Source of the DNA: Heterodontus francisci
Taxonomy: Eukaryota
Direction: 5' to 3'
NCBI RefSeq assembly: GCF_036365525.1
Contig: NC_090399.1
Span: 66,272,862-66,336,861 of the forward strand
Length of the DNA: 64,000 bases
Positions 13,601 to 27,000 of the stretch are shown here, piece by piece. The notes beneath the pieces are model-generated. The model ran no database searches. It saw only the letters and a program-made list of their open reading frames with translations, and was not told where the DNA came from. Both the position numbers and the translations under genes were made by a program. Numbering within the stretch: the stretch's first letter is position 1; each line of letters starts with the position of its first letter.

Positions 13601-15089
13601 CCCCCCTCACTCGTTCCCTCGCTCTCAGTTCCCCCCTCACTCGTCCCCTCGCTCTCAGTTCCCCCCTCACTCGTCCCCTCGCTCTCAGTTCCCCCCTCAC
13701 TCGTCCCCTCGCTCTCAGTTCCCCCCTCACTCGATCCCTCGCTCTCAGTTCCCCCCTCACTCGTTCCCTCGCTCTCAGTTCCCCCCTCACTCGTTCCCTC
13801 GCTCTCAGTTCCCCCCTCACTCGTTCCCTCGCTCTCAGTTCCCCCCTCACTCGTCCCCTCGCTCTCAGTTCCCACCTCACTCGTTCCCTCGCTCTCAGTT
13901 CCCCCCTCACTCGTTCCCTCGCTCTCAGTTCCCCCCTCACTCGTTCACTCACTCTCAGTTCCCCCCTCACTCTCAGTTCCCCCCTCACTCTCAGTTCCCC
14001 CCTCACTCGTTCGCTCACTCTCAGTTCCCCCCTCACTCGTTCGCTCACTCTCAGTTCCCCCCTCACTCGTTCACTCACTCTCAGTTCCCCCCTCACTCGT
14101 TCGCTCACTCTCAGTTCCCCCCTCACTCGTTCGCTCACTCTCAGTTCCCCCCTCACTCGTTCGCTCACTCTCAGTTCCCCCCTCACTCGTTCGCTCACTC
14201 TCAGTTCCCCCCTCACTCGTTCGCTCACTCTCAGTTCCCCCCTCACTCGTTCGCTCGCTCTCAGTTCCCCCCTCACTCGTTCCCTCGCTCTCAGTTCCCC
14301 CCTCACTCGTTCGCTCACTCTCAGTTCCCCCCTCACTCGTTCGCTCACTCTCAGTTCCCCCCTCACTCGTTCGCTCACTCTCAGTTCCCCCCTCACTCGT
14401 TCGCTCACTCTCAGTTCCCCCCTCACTCGTTCGCTCGCTCTCAGTTCCCCCCTCACTCGTCCCCTCGCTCTCAGTTCCCCCCTCACCTGTTCTGTCGTTC
14501 TCAGTACCCCCCTCACTCGTCCCCTCGCTCTCAGTTCCCCCCTCACCTGTTCCGTCGCTCTCAGTTCCCCCCTCACTCGTTCCCTCGCTCTCAGTTCTCC
14601 CCTCACCTGTTCCGTCGCTCTCAGTTCCCCCCTCACTCGTTCCCTCGCTCTCAGTTCCCCTCTCACTCACTCGCTCTCAGTTCCCCCCTCACTCGTTCCC
14701 TCGCTCTCAGTTCCCCCACACTCGTCCCCTCGCTCTCAGTTCCCCCCTCACTCGTTCCCTCGCTCTCAGTTCCCCCCTCACTCGTTCACTCGCTCTCAGT
14801 TCCCCCCTCACTCGTTCACTCGCTCTCAGTTCCCCCCTCACTCGTCCCCTCGCTCTCAGTTCCCCCCTCACTCGTTCCCTCGCTCTCAGTTCCCCCCTCA
14901 CTTGTTCCCTCGCTCTCAGTTCCCCCCTCACCCGTTCACACGCACTTAGTTCCCCCCTCACATGTTCACTCGCTCTCAGTTCCCCCCTCACTCGTTCCCT
15001 CGCTCTCAGTTCCCCCACACTCGTCCCCTCGCTCTCAGTTCCCCCCTCACTCGTTCCCTCGCTCTCAGTTCCCCCCTCACTCGTTCACT

Positions 15090-18000
15090 CGCTCTCAGTT
15101 CCCCCCTCACTCGTTCACTCGCTCTCAGTTCCCCCCTCACTCGTCCCCTCGCTCTCAGTTCCCCCCTCACTCGTTCCCTCGCTCTCAGTTCCCCCCTCAC
15201 TTGTTCCCTCGCTCTCAGTTCCCCCCTCACCCGTTCACACGCACTTAGTTCCCCCCTCACATGTTCACTCGCTCTCAGTTCCCCCCTCACTCGTTCCCTC
15301 GCTCTCAGTTCCCCCCTCACTTGTTCCCTCGCTCTCAGTTCCCCCCTCACCCGTTCACACGCACTTAGTTCCCCCCTCACTCGTCCCCTCGCTCTCATTT
15401 CACCCCTCACTCGTTCCCTCGCTCTCAATTCCCCCCTCACTCGTTCCCTCGCTCTCAGTTCCCCCCTCACTCGTCCCCTCGCTCTCAGTTCCCCCCTCAC
15501 TCGTCCCCTCGCTCTCAGTTCCCCCCTCACTCGTCCCCTCGCTCTCAGTTCCCCCCTCACTCGTCCCCTCGCTCTCAGTTCCCCCCTCACTCGTTCCCTC
15601 GCTCTCAGTTCCCCCCTCACTCGTTCACACACTATCAGTTCCCCCCTCACTCGTTCGCTCACTCTCAGTTCCCCCCTCACTCGTACGCTCACTCTCAGTT
15701 CCCCCCTCACTCGTTCGCTGACTCTCAGTTCCCACCTCACTCGTTCGCTCACTCTCAGTTCCCACCTCACTCGTTCGCTCACTCTCAGTTCCCACCTCAC
15801 TCGTTCGCTCACTCTCAGTTCCCACCTCACTCGTTCGCTCACTCTCACTTCTCCCGTCACTGGTTCACTCGCACTCAGTTCCCCCCTGTCTCGTTCACTC
15901 ACTCTCAGTTCCCCCCTCACTCGTTCGCTCGCTCTCAGTTCCCCCCTCATTCGTTCACTCTATCTCAGTTCCCCCCTCACTCGTTCACCCGCTCTCAGTT
16001 CCCCCCTCGCTCGTTCTCTCGCTCTCAGTTCCCCCCTCGCTCGTTCCCTCGCTCTCAGTTCCACCCTCGCTCATCCCCTCGCTCTCAGTTCCACCCTCGC
16101 TCTCAGTTCCCCCTCACTCGTTCCCTCGCTCTCAGTTCCCCCCTCACTCGTTCCCTCGCTCTCAGTTACCCCCTCACTCGTTCCCTCGCTCTCAGTTACC
16201 CCCTCACTCGTTCCCTCGCTCTCAGTTACCCCCTCACTCGTTCCCTCGCTCTCAGTTCCCCCCTCACTCGTTCCCTCGCTCTCAGTTCCCCCCTCACTCG
16301 TTCCCTCGCTCTCAGTTCCCCCCTCACTCGTTCCCTCGCTCTCAGTTCCCCCCCTCACTCGTTCCCTCGCTCTCAGTTCCCCCCTCACTCGTTCCCTCGC
16401 TCTCAGTTCCCCCCTCACTCGTTCCCTCGCTCTCAGTTCCCCCCTCACTCGTTCCCTCGCTCTCAGTTCCCTCCTCACTCGTTCCCTCGCACTCAGTTCC
16501 CCCCTCACTGGTTCACTCGCTCTCAGATCCCCCCTCACTCGTTCACTCGTTCTCAGATCCCCCCTCACTCGTTCCCTGACTCTCAGTTCCCCCCTCACTC
16601 GTTCCCTGACTCTCAGTTTCCCCCTCACTCGTCCCCCCGCTCAGTTCCCCCCTCACTTGTTCCCTCGCTCTCAGTTACCCCCTCGCTCTCAGTTCCCCCC
16701 TCGCTCTCAGTTCCCCCCTCGCTCTCAGTTCCCCCCTCGCTCTCAGTTCCCCCCTCGCTCGTTCCCTTGCTCTCAGTTCCCCCCTCACTCGTTCCCTCGC
16801 TCTCAGTTCCCCCCTCACTCGTTCCCTCGCTCTCAGTTCCCCCCTCACTCGTCCCCTCGCTCTCAGTTCCCCCCTCACTCGTCCCCTCGCTCTCAGTTCC
16901 CCCCTCACTCGTCCCCTCGCTCTCAGTTCCCCCCTCACTCGATCCCTCGCTCTCAGTTCCCCCCTCACTCGTTCCCTCGCTCTCAGTTCCCCCCTCACTC
17001 GTTCCCTCGCTCTCAGTTCCCCCCTCACTCGTTCCCTCGCTCTCAGTTCCCCCCTCACTCGTCCCCTCGCTCTCAGTTCCCACCTCACTCGTTCCCTCGC
17101 TCTCAGTTCCCCCCTCACTCGTTCCCTCGCTCTCAGTTCCCCCCTCACTCGTTCACTCGCTCTCAGTTCCCCCCTCACTCGTTCACTCGCTCTCAGTTCC
17201 CCCCTCACTCGTTCACTCGCTCTCAGTTCCCCCCTCACTCGTTCACTCGCTCTCAGTTCCCCCCTCACTCGTTCACTCGCTCTCAGTTCCCCCCTCACTC
17301 GTTCACTCGCTCTCAGTTCCCCCCTCACTCGTTCACTCGCTCTCAGTTCCCCCCTCACTCGTTCACACGCTCTCAGTTCCCCCCTCACTCGTTCCCTCGC
17401 TCTCAGTTCCCCCCTCACTCGTTCACTCGCTCTCAGTTCCCCCCTCACTCGTTCACTCGCTCTCAGTTCCCCCCTCACTCGTTCACACGCTCTCAGTTCC
17501 CCCCTCACTCGTTCCCTCGCTCTCAGTTCCCCCCTCACTCGTTCCCTCGCTCTCAGTTCCCCCCTCACTCGTTCCCTCGCTCTCAGTTCCCCCCTCACTC
17601 GTTCCCTCGCTCTCAGTTCCCCCCTCACTCGTCCCCTCGCTCTCAGTTCCCCCCTCACTCGTTCACACGCTCTCAGTTCCCCCCTCACTCGTCCCCTCGC
17701 TCTCAGTTCCCCCCTCACTCGTCCCCTCGCTCTCAGTTCCCCCCTCACTCTCAGTTCCCCCCTCACTCGTTCCCTCGCTCTCAGTTCCCCCCTCACTCGT
17801 TCCCTCGCTCTCAGTTCCCCCCTCACTCGTTCACTCACTCTCAGTTCCCCCGTCACTCGTTCCCTCGTTCTCGATTCCCCCCTCACTCGTTCACTCACTA
17901 TCAGTTCCCCCCTCACTCGTTCCCTCGCTCTCAGTTCCCCCCTCACTCGTTCACACGCTCTCAGTTCCCCCCTCACTCGTTCCCTCGCTCTCAGTTCCCC

Positions 18001-21000
18001 CCTCACTCGTCCCCTCGTTCTCGATTCCCCCCTCACTCGTTCACTCACTATCAGTTCCCCCCTCACTCGTTCCCTCGCTCTCAGTTCCCCCCTCACTCGT
18101 TGCTCGCTCTCAGTTCCCCCCTCACTCGTTCACACACTATCAGTTCCCCCCTCACTCGTTCCCTCGCTCTCAGTTCCCCCCTCACTCGTTCACTCGCTAT
18201 CAGTTCCCCCCTCACTCGTTCACTCGCTATCAGTTCCCCCCTCACTCGTTCCCTCGCTCTCAGTTCCCCCTCACTCGTTCCCTCGCTCTCAGTTCCCCCT
18301 CACTCGTTCCCTCGCTCTCAGTTACCCCCTCACTCGTTCACTCACTCTCAGTTCCCCCCTCACTCGTTCACTCACTCTCAGTTCCCCCCTCACTCTCAGT
18401 TCCCCCCTCACTCGTTCGCTCACTCTCAGTTCCCCCCTCACTCGTTCGCTCACTCTCAGTTCCCCCCTCACTCGTTCGCTCACTCTCAGTTCCCCCCTCA
18501 CTCGTTCGCTCACTCTCAGTTCCCCCCTCACTCGTTCGCTCACTCTCAGTTCCCCCCTCACTCGTTCGCTCACTCTCAGTTCGCCCCTCACTCGTTCGCT
18601 CGCTCTCAGTTCCCCCCTCACTCGTTCGCTCGCTCTCAGTTCCCCCCTCACTCGTTCGCTCGCTCTCAGTTCCCCCCTCACTCGTTCGCTCGCTCTCAGT
18701 TCCCCCCTCACTCGTTCCGTCGCTCTCAGTTCCCCCCTCACTCGTTCCCTCGCTCTCAGTTCCCCCCTCACCTGTTCCGTCGCTCTCAGTTCCCCCCTCA
18801 CTCGTTCCCTCGCTCTCAGTTCCCCTCTCACTCACTCACTCGCTCTCAGTTCCCCCCTCACTCGTTCCCTCGCTCTCAGTTCCCCCCTCACTCGTTCACT
18901 CGCTCTCAGTTCCCCCGTCACTCGTCCCCTCGCTCTCAGTTCCCCCCTCACTCGATCCCTCGCTCTCAGTTCCCCCCTCACTCGATCCCTCGCTCTCAGT
19001 TCCCCCCTCACTCGTTCCCTCGCTCTCAGTTCCCCCCTCACCTGTTCTGTCGCTCTCAGTTCCCCCTCACTCGTCCCCTCGCTCTCAGTTCCCCCCTCAC
19101 TCGATCCCTCGCTCTCAGTTCCCCCCTCACTCGATCCCTCGCTCTCAGTTCCCCCCTCACTCGTTCCCTCGCTCTCAGTTCCCCCCTCACCTGTTCTGTC
19201 GCTCACAGTTCCCCCTCACTCGTCCCCTCGCTCTCAGTTCCCCCCTCACTCGTTCGCTCGCTCTCAGTTCCCCCCTCACTCGTTCTGTCGCTCTCAGTTC
19301 CCCCCTCACTCGTCCCCTCGCTCTCAGTTCCCCCCTCACCTGTTCCGTCGCTCTCAGTTCCCCCCTCACTCGTTCCCTCGCTCTCAGTTCTCCCCTCACC
19401 TGTTCCGTCGCTCTCAGTTCCCCCCTCACTCGTTCCCTCGCTCTCAGTTCCCCCCTCACTCGTTCCCTCGCTCTCAGTTCCCCCCTCACTCGTTCCCTCG
19501 CTCTCAGTTCCCCCCTCACTCGTTCCCTCGCTCTCAGTTCCCCCCTCACTCGTTCACTCGCTCTCAGTTCCCCCCTCACTCGTTCACTCGCTCTGAGTTC
19601 CCCCCTCACTCGTTCACTCGCTCTCAGTTCCCCCCTCACTCGTTCACACGCTCTCAGTTCCCCCCTCACTCGTTCCCTCGCTCTCAGTTCCCCCGCTCTC
19701 AGTTCCCCCCTCACTCGTTCCCTCGCTCTCAGTTCCCCCCTCACTCGTTCCCTCGCTCTCAGTTCCCCCCTCACTCGTTCCCTCGCTCTCAGTTCCCCCC
19801 TCACTCGTTCACTCGCTCTCAGTTCCCCCCTCACTCGTCCCCTCGCTCTCAGTTCCCCCCTCACTCGTTCACTCGCTCTCAGTTCCCCCCTCACTCGTTC
19901 ACTCGCTCTCAGTTCCCCCCTCACTCGTTCTCAGTTCCCCCCTCACTCGTTCACTCGCTCTCAGTTCCCCCCTCACTCGTTCGCTCGCTCTCAGTTTCCC
20001 CCTCACTCGTTCGCTCGCTCTCAGTTACCCCCTCACTCGTTCGCTCGCTCTCAGTTCCCCCCTCACTCGTCCCCTCGCTCTCAGTTCCCCCCTCACTCGT
20101 CCCCTCGCTCTCAGTTCCCCCCTCACTCGTCCCCTCGCTCTCAGTTCCCCCCTCACTCGTCCCCTCGCTCTCAGTTCCCCCTCACTCGTCCCCTCGCTCT
20201 CAGTTCCCCCCTCACTCGTCCCCTCGCTCTCAGTTCCCCCCTCACTCGTTCCCTCGCTCTCAGTTCCCCCCTCACTCGTTCACACACTATCAGTTCCCCC
20301 CTCACTCGTTCCCTCGCTCTCAGTTCCCCCCTCACTCGTTCACTCGCTATCAGTTCCCCCCTCACTCGTTCACTCGCTATCAGTTCCCCCCTCACTCGTT
20401 CCCTCGCTCTCAGTTCCCCCTCACTCGTTCCCTCGCTCTCAGTTACCCCCTCACTCGTTCACTCACTCTCAGTTCCCCCCTCACTCGTTCACTCACTCTC
20501 AGTTCCCCCCTCACTCGTTCACTCACTCTCAGTTCCCCCCTCACTCTCAGTTCCCCCCTCACTCGTTCGCTCACTCTCAGTTCCCCCCTCACTCGTTCGC
20601 TCACTCTCAGTTCCCCCCTCACTCGTTCGCTCACTCTCAGTTCCCCCCTCACTCGTTCGCTCACTCTCAGTTCCCCCCTCACCCGTTCGCTCGCTGTCAG
20701 TTCCCCCCTCACCCGTTCGCTCGCTCTCAGTTCCCCCCTCACTCGTTCGCTCGCTCTCAGTTCCCCCTCACTCGTTCGCTCACTCTCAGTTCCCCCCTCA
20801 CTCGTTCTGTCGCTCTCAGTTCCCCCCTCACTCGTCCCCTCGCTCTCAGTTCCCCCCTCACCTGTTCCGTCGCTCTCAGTTCCCCCCTCACTCGTTCCCT
20901 CGCTCTCAGTTCCCCTCTCACTCGTTCACTCGCTCTCAGTTCCCCCCTCACTCGTCCCCTCGCTCTCAGTTCCCCCCTCACTCGTCCCCTCGCTCTCAGT

Positions 21001-24000
21001 TCCCCCCTCACTCGTCCCCTCGCTCTCAGTTCCCCCCTCACTCGTCCCCTCGCTCTCAGTTCCCCCCTCACTCTCAGTTCCCCCCTCACTCGTTCCCTCG
21101 CTCTCAGTTCCCCCCTCACTCGTTCCCTCGCTCTCAGTTCCCCCCTCACTCGTTCACGCACTCTCAGTTCCCCCGTCACTCGTTCCCTCGCTCTCAGTTA
21201 CCCCCTCACTCGTTCCCTCGCTCTCAGTTACCCCCTCACTCGTTCCCTCGCTCTCAGTTCCCCCCTCACTCGTCCCCTCGTTCTCGATTCCCCCCTCACT
21301 CGTTCACTCACTATCAGTTCCCCCCTCACTCGTTCCCTCGCTCTCAGTTCCCCCCTCACTCGTTCCCTCGCTCTCAGTTCCCCCCTCACTCGTTCACACA
21401 CTATCAGTTCCCCCCTCACTCGTTCCCTCGCTCTCAGTTCCCCCCTCACTCGTTCACTCGCTATCAGTTCCCCCCTCACTCGTTCACTCGCTATCAGTTC
21501 CCCCCTCACTCGTTCCCTCGCTCTCAGTTCCCCCTCACTCGTTCCCTCGCTCTCAGTTACCCCCTCACTCGTTCACTCACTCTCAGTTCCCCCCTCACTC
21601 GTTCACTCACTCTCAGTTCCCCCCTCACTCTCAGTTCCCCCCTCACTCGTTCGCTCACTCTCAGTTCCCCCCTCACTCGTTCGCTCACTCTCAGTTCCCC
21701 CCACACTCGTTCGCTCACTCTCAGTTCCCCCCTCACTCGTTCACTCACTCTCAGTTCCCCCCTCACTCGTTCGCTCACTCTCAGTTCCCCCCTCACTCGT
21801 TCGCTCACTCTCAGTTCCCCCCTCACTCGTTCGCTCACTCTCAGTTCCCCCCTCACTCGTTCTGTCGCTCTCAGTTCCCCCCTCACTCGTCCCCTCGCTC
21901 TCAGTTCCCCCCTCACCTGTTCCGTCGCTCTCAGTTCCCCCCTCACTCGTTCCCTCGCTCTCAGTTCTCCCCTCACCTGTTCCGTCGCTCTCAGTTCCCC
22001 CCTCACTCGTTCCCTCGCTCTCAGTTCCCCCACACTCGTCCCCTCGCTCTCAGTTCCCCCCTCACTCGTTCCCTCGCTCTCAGTTCCCCCCTCACTCGTT
22101 CACTCGCTCTCAGTTCCCCCGTCACTCGTCCCCTCGCTCTCAGTTCCCCCCTCACTCGTTCCCTCGCTCTCAGTTCCCCCCTCACTTGTTCCCTCGCTCT
22201 CAGTTCCCCCCTCACCCGTTCACACGCACTTAGTTCCCCCCTCACATGTTCACTCGCTCTCAGTTCCCCCCTCACTCGCTCCCTCGCTCTCAGTTCCCCC
22301 CTCACTCGTCCCCTCGCTCTCATTTCACCCCTCACTCGTTCCCTCGCTCTCAATTCCCCCCTCACTCGTTCCCTCGCTCTCAGTTCCCCCCTCACTCGTC
22401 CCCTCGCTCTCAGTTCCCCCCTCACTCGTCCCCTCGCTCTCAGTTCCCCCCTCACTCGTTCGCTCACTCTCAGTTCCCCCCTCACTCGTACGCTCACTCT
22501 CAGTTCCCCCCTCACTCGTTCGCTGACTCTCAGTTCCCACCTCACTCGTTCGCTGACTCTCAGTTCCCACCTCACTCGTTCGCTCACTCTCAGTTCCCAC
22601 CTCACTCGTTCGCTCACTCTCACTTCTCCCGTCACTGGTTCACTCGCACTCAGTTCCCCCCTGACTCGCTCACTCACTCTCAGTTCCCCCCTCACTCGTT
22701 CGCTCGCTCTCAGTTCCCCCCTCATTCATTCACTCACTCACTCTCAGTTCCCCCCTCATTCGTTCACTCGCTCTCAGTTCCCCCCTCACTCGTTCACCCG
22801 CTCTCAGTTCCCCCCTCGCTCGTTCTCTCGCTCTCAGTTCCCCCCTCGCTCGTTCCCTCGCTCTCAGTTCCACCCTCGCTCATCCCCTCGCTCTCAGTTC
22901 CACCCTCGCTCATCCCCTCGCTCTCAGTTCCACCCTCGCTCTCAGTTCCCCCCTCACTCGTTCCCTCGCTCTCAGTTCCCCCCTCACTCGTTCCCTCGCT
23001 CTCAGTTACCCCCTCACTCGTTCCCTCGCTCTCAGTTACCCCCTCACTCGTTCCCTCGCTCTCAGTTCCCCCCTCACTCGTTCCCTCGCTCTCAGTTCCC
23101 CCCTCACTCGTTCCCTCGCTCTCAGTTCCCCCCTCACTCGTTCCCTCGCTCTCAGTTCCCCCCTCACTCGTTCCCTCGCTCTCAGTTCCCCCCCTCACTC
23201 GTTCCCTCGCTCTCAGTTCCCCCCTCACTCGTTCCCTCGCTCTCAGTTCCCCCCTCACTCGTTCCCTCGCTCTCAGTTCCCCCCTCACTCGTTCCCTCGC
23301 TCTCAGTTCCCCCCTCACTCGTTCCCTCGCACTCAGTTCCCCCCTCACTCGTTCACTCGCTCTCAGATCCCCCCTCACTCGTTCACTCGTTCTCAGATCC
23401 CCCCTCACTCGTTCCCTGACTCTCAGTTCCCCCCTCACTCGTTCCCTGACTCTCAGTTTCCCCCTCACTCGTCCCCCCGCTCAGTTCCCCCCTCACTTGT
23501 TCCCTCGCTCTCAGTTACCCCCTCGCTCTCAGTTCCCCCCTCGCTCGTCCCCTCGCTCTCAGTTCCCCCCTCGCTCTCAGTTCCCCCCTCGCTCGTTTCC
23601 TCGCTCTCAGTTCCCCCCTCACCTGTTCTGTCGCTCACAGTTCCCCCTCACTCGTCCCCTCGCTCTCAGTTCCCCCCTCACTCGTTCCCTCGCTCTCAGT
23701 TCCCCCCTCACTCGTTCCCTCGCTCTCAGTTCCCCCCTCACTCGTTCACTCGCTCTCAGTTCCCCCCTCACTCGTTCACTCGCTCTTAGTTCCCCCCTCA
23801 CTCGTTCCCTCGCTCTCAGTTCCCCCCTCACTCGTTCCCTCGCTCTCAGTTCCCCCCTCACTCGTTCCCTCGCTCTCAGTTCCCCCCTCACTCGTTCACT
23901 CGCTCTCAGTTCCCCCCTCACTCGTCCCCTCGCTCTCAGTTCCCCCCTCACTCGTTCCCTCGCTCTCAGTTCCCCCCTCACTTGTTCCCTCGCTCTCAGT

Positions 24001-27000
24001 TCCCCCCTCACCCGTTCACACGCACTTAGTTCCCCCCTCACATGTTCACTCGCTCTCAGTTCCCCCCTCACTCGTTCCCTCGCTCTCAGTTCCCCCCTCA
24101 CTTGTTCCCTCGCTCTCAGTTCCCCCCTCACCCGTTCACACGCACTTAGTTCCCCCCTCACTCGTCCCCTCGCTCTCATTTCACCCCTCACTCGTTCCCT
24201 CGCTCTCAATTCCCCCCTCACTCGTTCCCTCGCTCTCAGTTCCCCCCTCACTCGTCCCCTCGCTCTCAGTTCCCCCCTCACTCGTCCCCTCGCTCTCAGT
24301 TCCCCCCTCACTCGTCCCCTCGCTCTCAGTTCCCCCCTCACTCGTCCCCTCGCTCTCAGTTCCCCCCTCACTCGTTCCCTCGCTCTCAGTTCCCCCCTCA
24401 CTCGTTCACACACTATCAGTTCCCCCCTCACTCGTTCGCTCACTCTCAGTTCCCCCCTCACTCGTACGCTCACTCTCAGTTCCCCCCTCACTCGTTCGCT
24501 GACTCTCAGTTCCCACCTCACTCGTTCGCTCACTCTCAGTTCCCACCTCACTCGTTCGCTCACTCTCAGTTCCCACCTCACTCGTTCGCTCACTCTCACT
24601 TCTCCCGTCACTGGTTCACTCGCACTCAGTTCCCCCCTGTCTCGTTCACTCACTCTCAGTTCCCCCCTCACTCGTTCGCTCGCTCTCAGTTCCCCCCTCA
24701 TTCATTCACTCACTCTCAGTTCCCCCCTCATTCGTTCACTCTATCTCAGTTCCCCCCTCACTCGTTCACCCGCTCTCAGTTCCCCCCTCGCTCGTTCTCT
24801 CGCTCTCAGTTCCCCCCTCGCTCGTTCCCTCGCTCTCAGTTCCACCCTCGCTCATCCCCTCGCTCTCAGTTCCACCCTCGCTCTCAGTTCCCCCTCACTC
24901 GTTCCCTCGCTCTCAGTTCCCCCCTCACTCGTTCCCTCGCTCTCAGTTACCCCCTCACTCGTTCCCTCGCTCTCAGTTACCCCCTCACTCGTTCCCTCGC
25001 TCTCAGTTACCCCCTCACACGTTCCCTCGCTCTCAGTTCCCCCCTCACTCGTTCCCTCGCTCTCAGTTCCCCCCTCACTCGTTCCCTCGCTCTCAGTTCC
25101 CCCCTCACTCGTTCCCTCGCTCTCAGTTCCCCCCCTCACTCGTTCCCTCGCTCTCAGTTCCCCCCTCACTCGTTCCCTCGCTCTCAGTTCCCCCCTCACT
25201 CGTTCCCTCGCTCTCAGTTCCCCCCTCACTCGTTCCCTCGCTCTCAGTTCCCTCCTCACTCGTTCCCTCGCACTCAGTTCCCCCCTCACTGGTTCACTCG
25301 CTCTCAGATCCCCCCTCACTCGTTCACTCGTTCTCAGATCCCCCCTCACTCGTTCCCTGACTCTCAGTTCCCCCCTCACTCGTTCCCTGACTCTCAGTTT
25401 CCCCCTCACTCGTCCCCCCGCTCAGTTCCCCCCTCACTTGTTCCCTCGCTCTCAGTTACCCCCTCGCTCTCAGTTCCCCCCTCGCTCTCAGTTCCCCCCT
25501 CGCTCTCAGTTCCCCCCTCGCTCTCAGTTCCCCCCTCGCTCGTTCCCTTGCTCTCAGTTCCCCCCTCACTCGTTCCCTCGCTCTCAGTTCCCCCCTCACT
25601 CGTTCCCTCGCTCTCAGTTCCCCCCTCACTCGTCCCCTCGCTCTCAGTTCCCCCCTCACTCGTCCCCTCGCTCTCAGTTCCCCCCTCACTCGTCCCCTCG
25701 CTCTCAGTTCCCCCCTCACTCGATCCCTCGCTCTCAGTTCCCCCCTCACTCGTTCCCTCGCTCTCAGTTCCCCCCTCACTCGTTCCCTCGCTCTCAGTTC
25801 CCCCCTCACTCGTTCCCTCGCTCTCAGTTCCCCCCTCACTCGTCCCCTCGCTCTCAGTTCCCACCTCACTCGTTCCCTCGCTCTCAGTTCCCCCCTCACT
25901 CGTTCCCTCGCTCTCAGTTCCCCCCTCACTCGTTCACTCGCTCTCAGTTCCCCCCTCACTCGTTCACTCGCTCTCAGTTCCCCCCTCACTCGTTCACTCG
26001 CTCTCAGTTCCCCCCTCACTCGTTCACTCGCTCTCAGTTCCCCCCTCACTCGTTCACTCGCTCTCAGTTCCCCCCTCACTCGTTCACTCGCTCTCAGTTC
26101 CCCCCTCACTCGTTCACTCGCTCTCAGTTCCCCCCTCACTCGTTCACACGCTCTCAGTTCCCCCCTCACTCGTTCCCTCGCTCTCAGTTCCCCCCTCACT
26201 CGTTCACTCGCTCTCAGTTCCCCCCTCACTCGTTCACTCGCTCTCAGTTCCCCCCTCACTCGTTCACACGCTCTCAGTTCCCCCCTCACTCGTTCCCTCG
26301 CTCTCAGTTCCCCCCTCACTCGTTCCCTCGCTCTCAGTTCCCCCCTCACTCGTTCCCTCGCTCTCAGTTCCCCCCTCACTCGTCCCCTCGCTCTCAGTTC
26401 CCCCCTCACTCGTTCACACGCTCTCAGTTCCCCCCTCACTCGTCCCCTCGCTCTCAGTTCCCCCCTCACTCGTCCCCTCGCTCTCAGTTCCCCCCTCACT
26501 CTCAGTTCCCCCCTCACTCGTTCCCTCGCTCTCAGTTCCCCCCTCACTCGTTCCCTCGCTCTCAGTTCCCCCCTCACTCGTTCACTCACTCTCAGTTCCC
26601 CCGTCACTCGTTCCCTCGTTCTCGATTCCCCCCTCACTCGTTCACTCACTATCAGTTCCCCCCTCACTCGTTCCCTCGCTCTCAGTTCCCCCCTCACTCG
26701 TTCACACGCTCTCAGTTCCCCCCTCACTCGTTCCCTCGCTCTCAGTTCCCCCCTCACTCGTCCCCTCGTTCTCGATTCCCCCCTCACTCGTTCACTCACT
26801 ATCAGTTCCCCCCTCACTCGTTCCCTCGCTCTCAGTTCCCCCCTCACTCGTTGCTCGCTCTCAGTTCCCCCCTCACTCGTTCACACACTATCAGTTCCCC
26901 CCTCACTCGTTCCCTCGCTCTCAGTTCCCCCCTCACTCGTTCACTCGCTATCAGTTCCCCCCTCACTCGTTCACTCGCTATCAGTTCCCCCCTCACTCGT

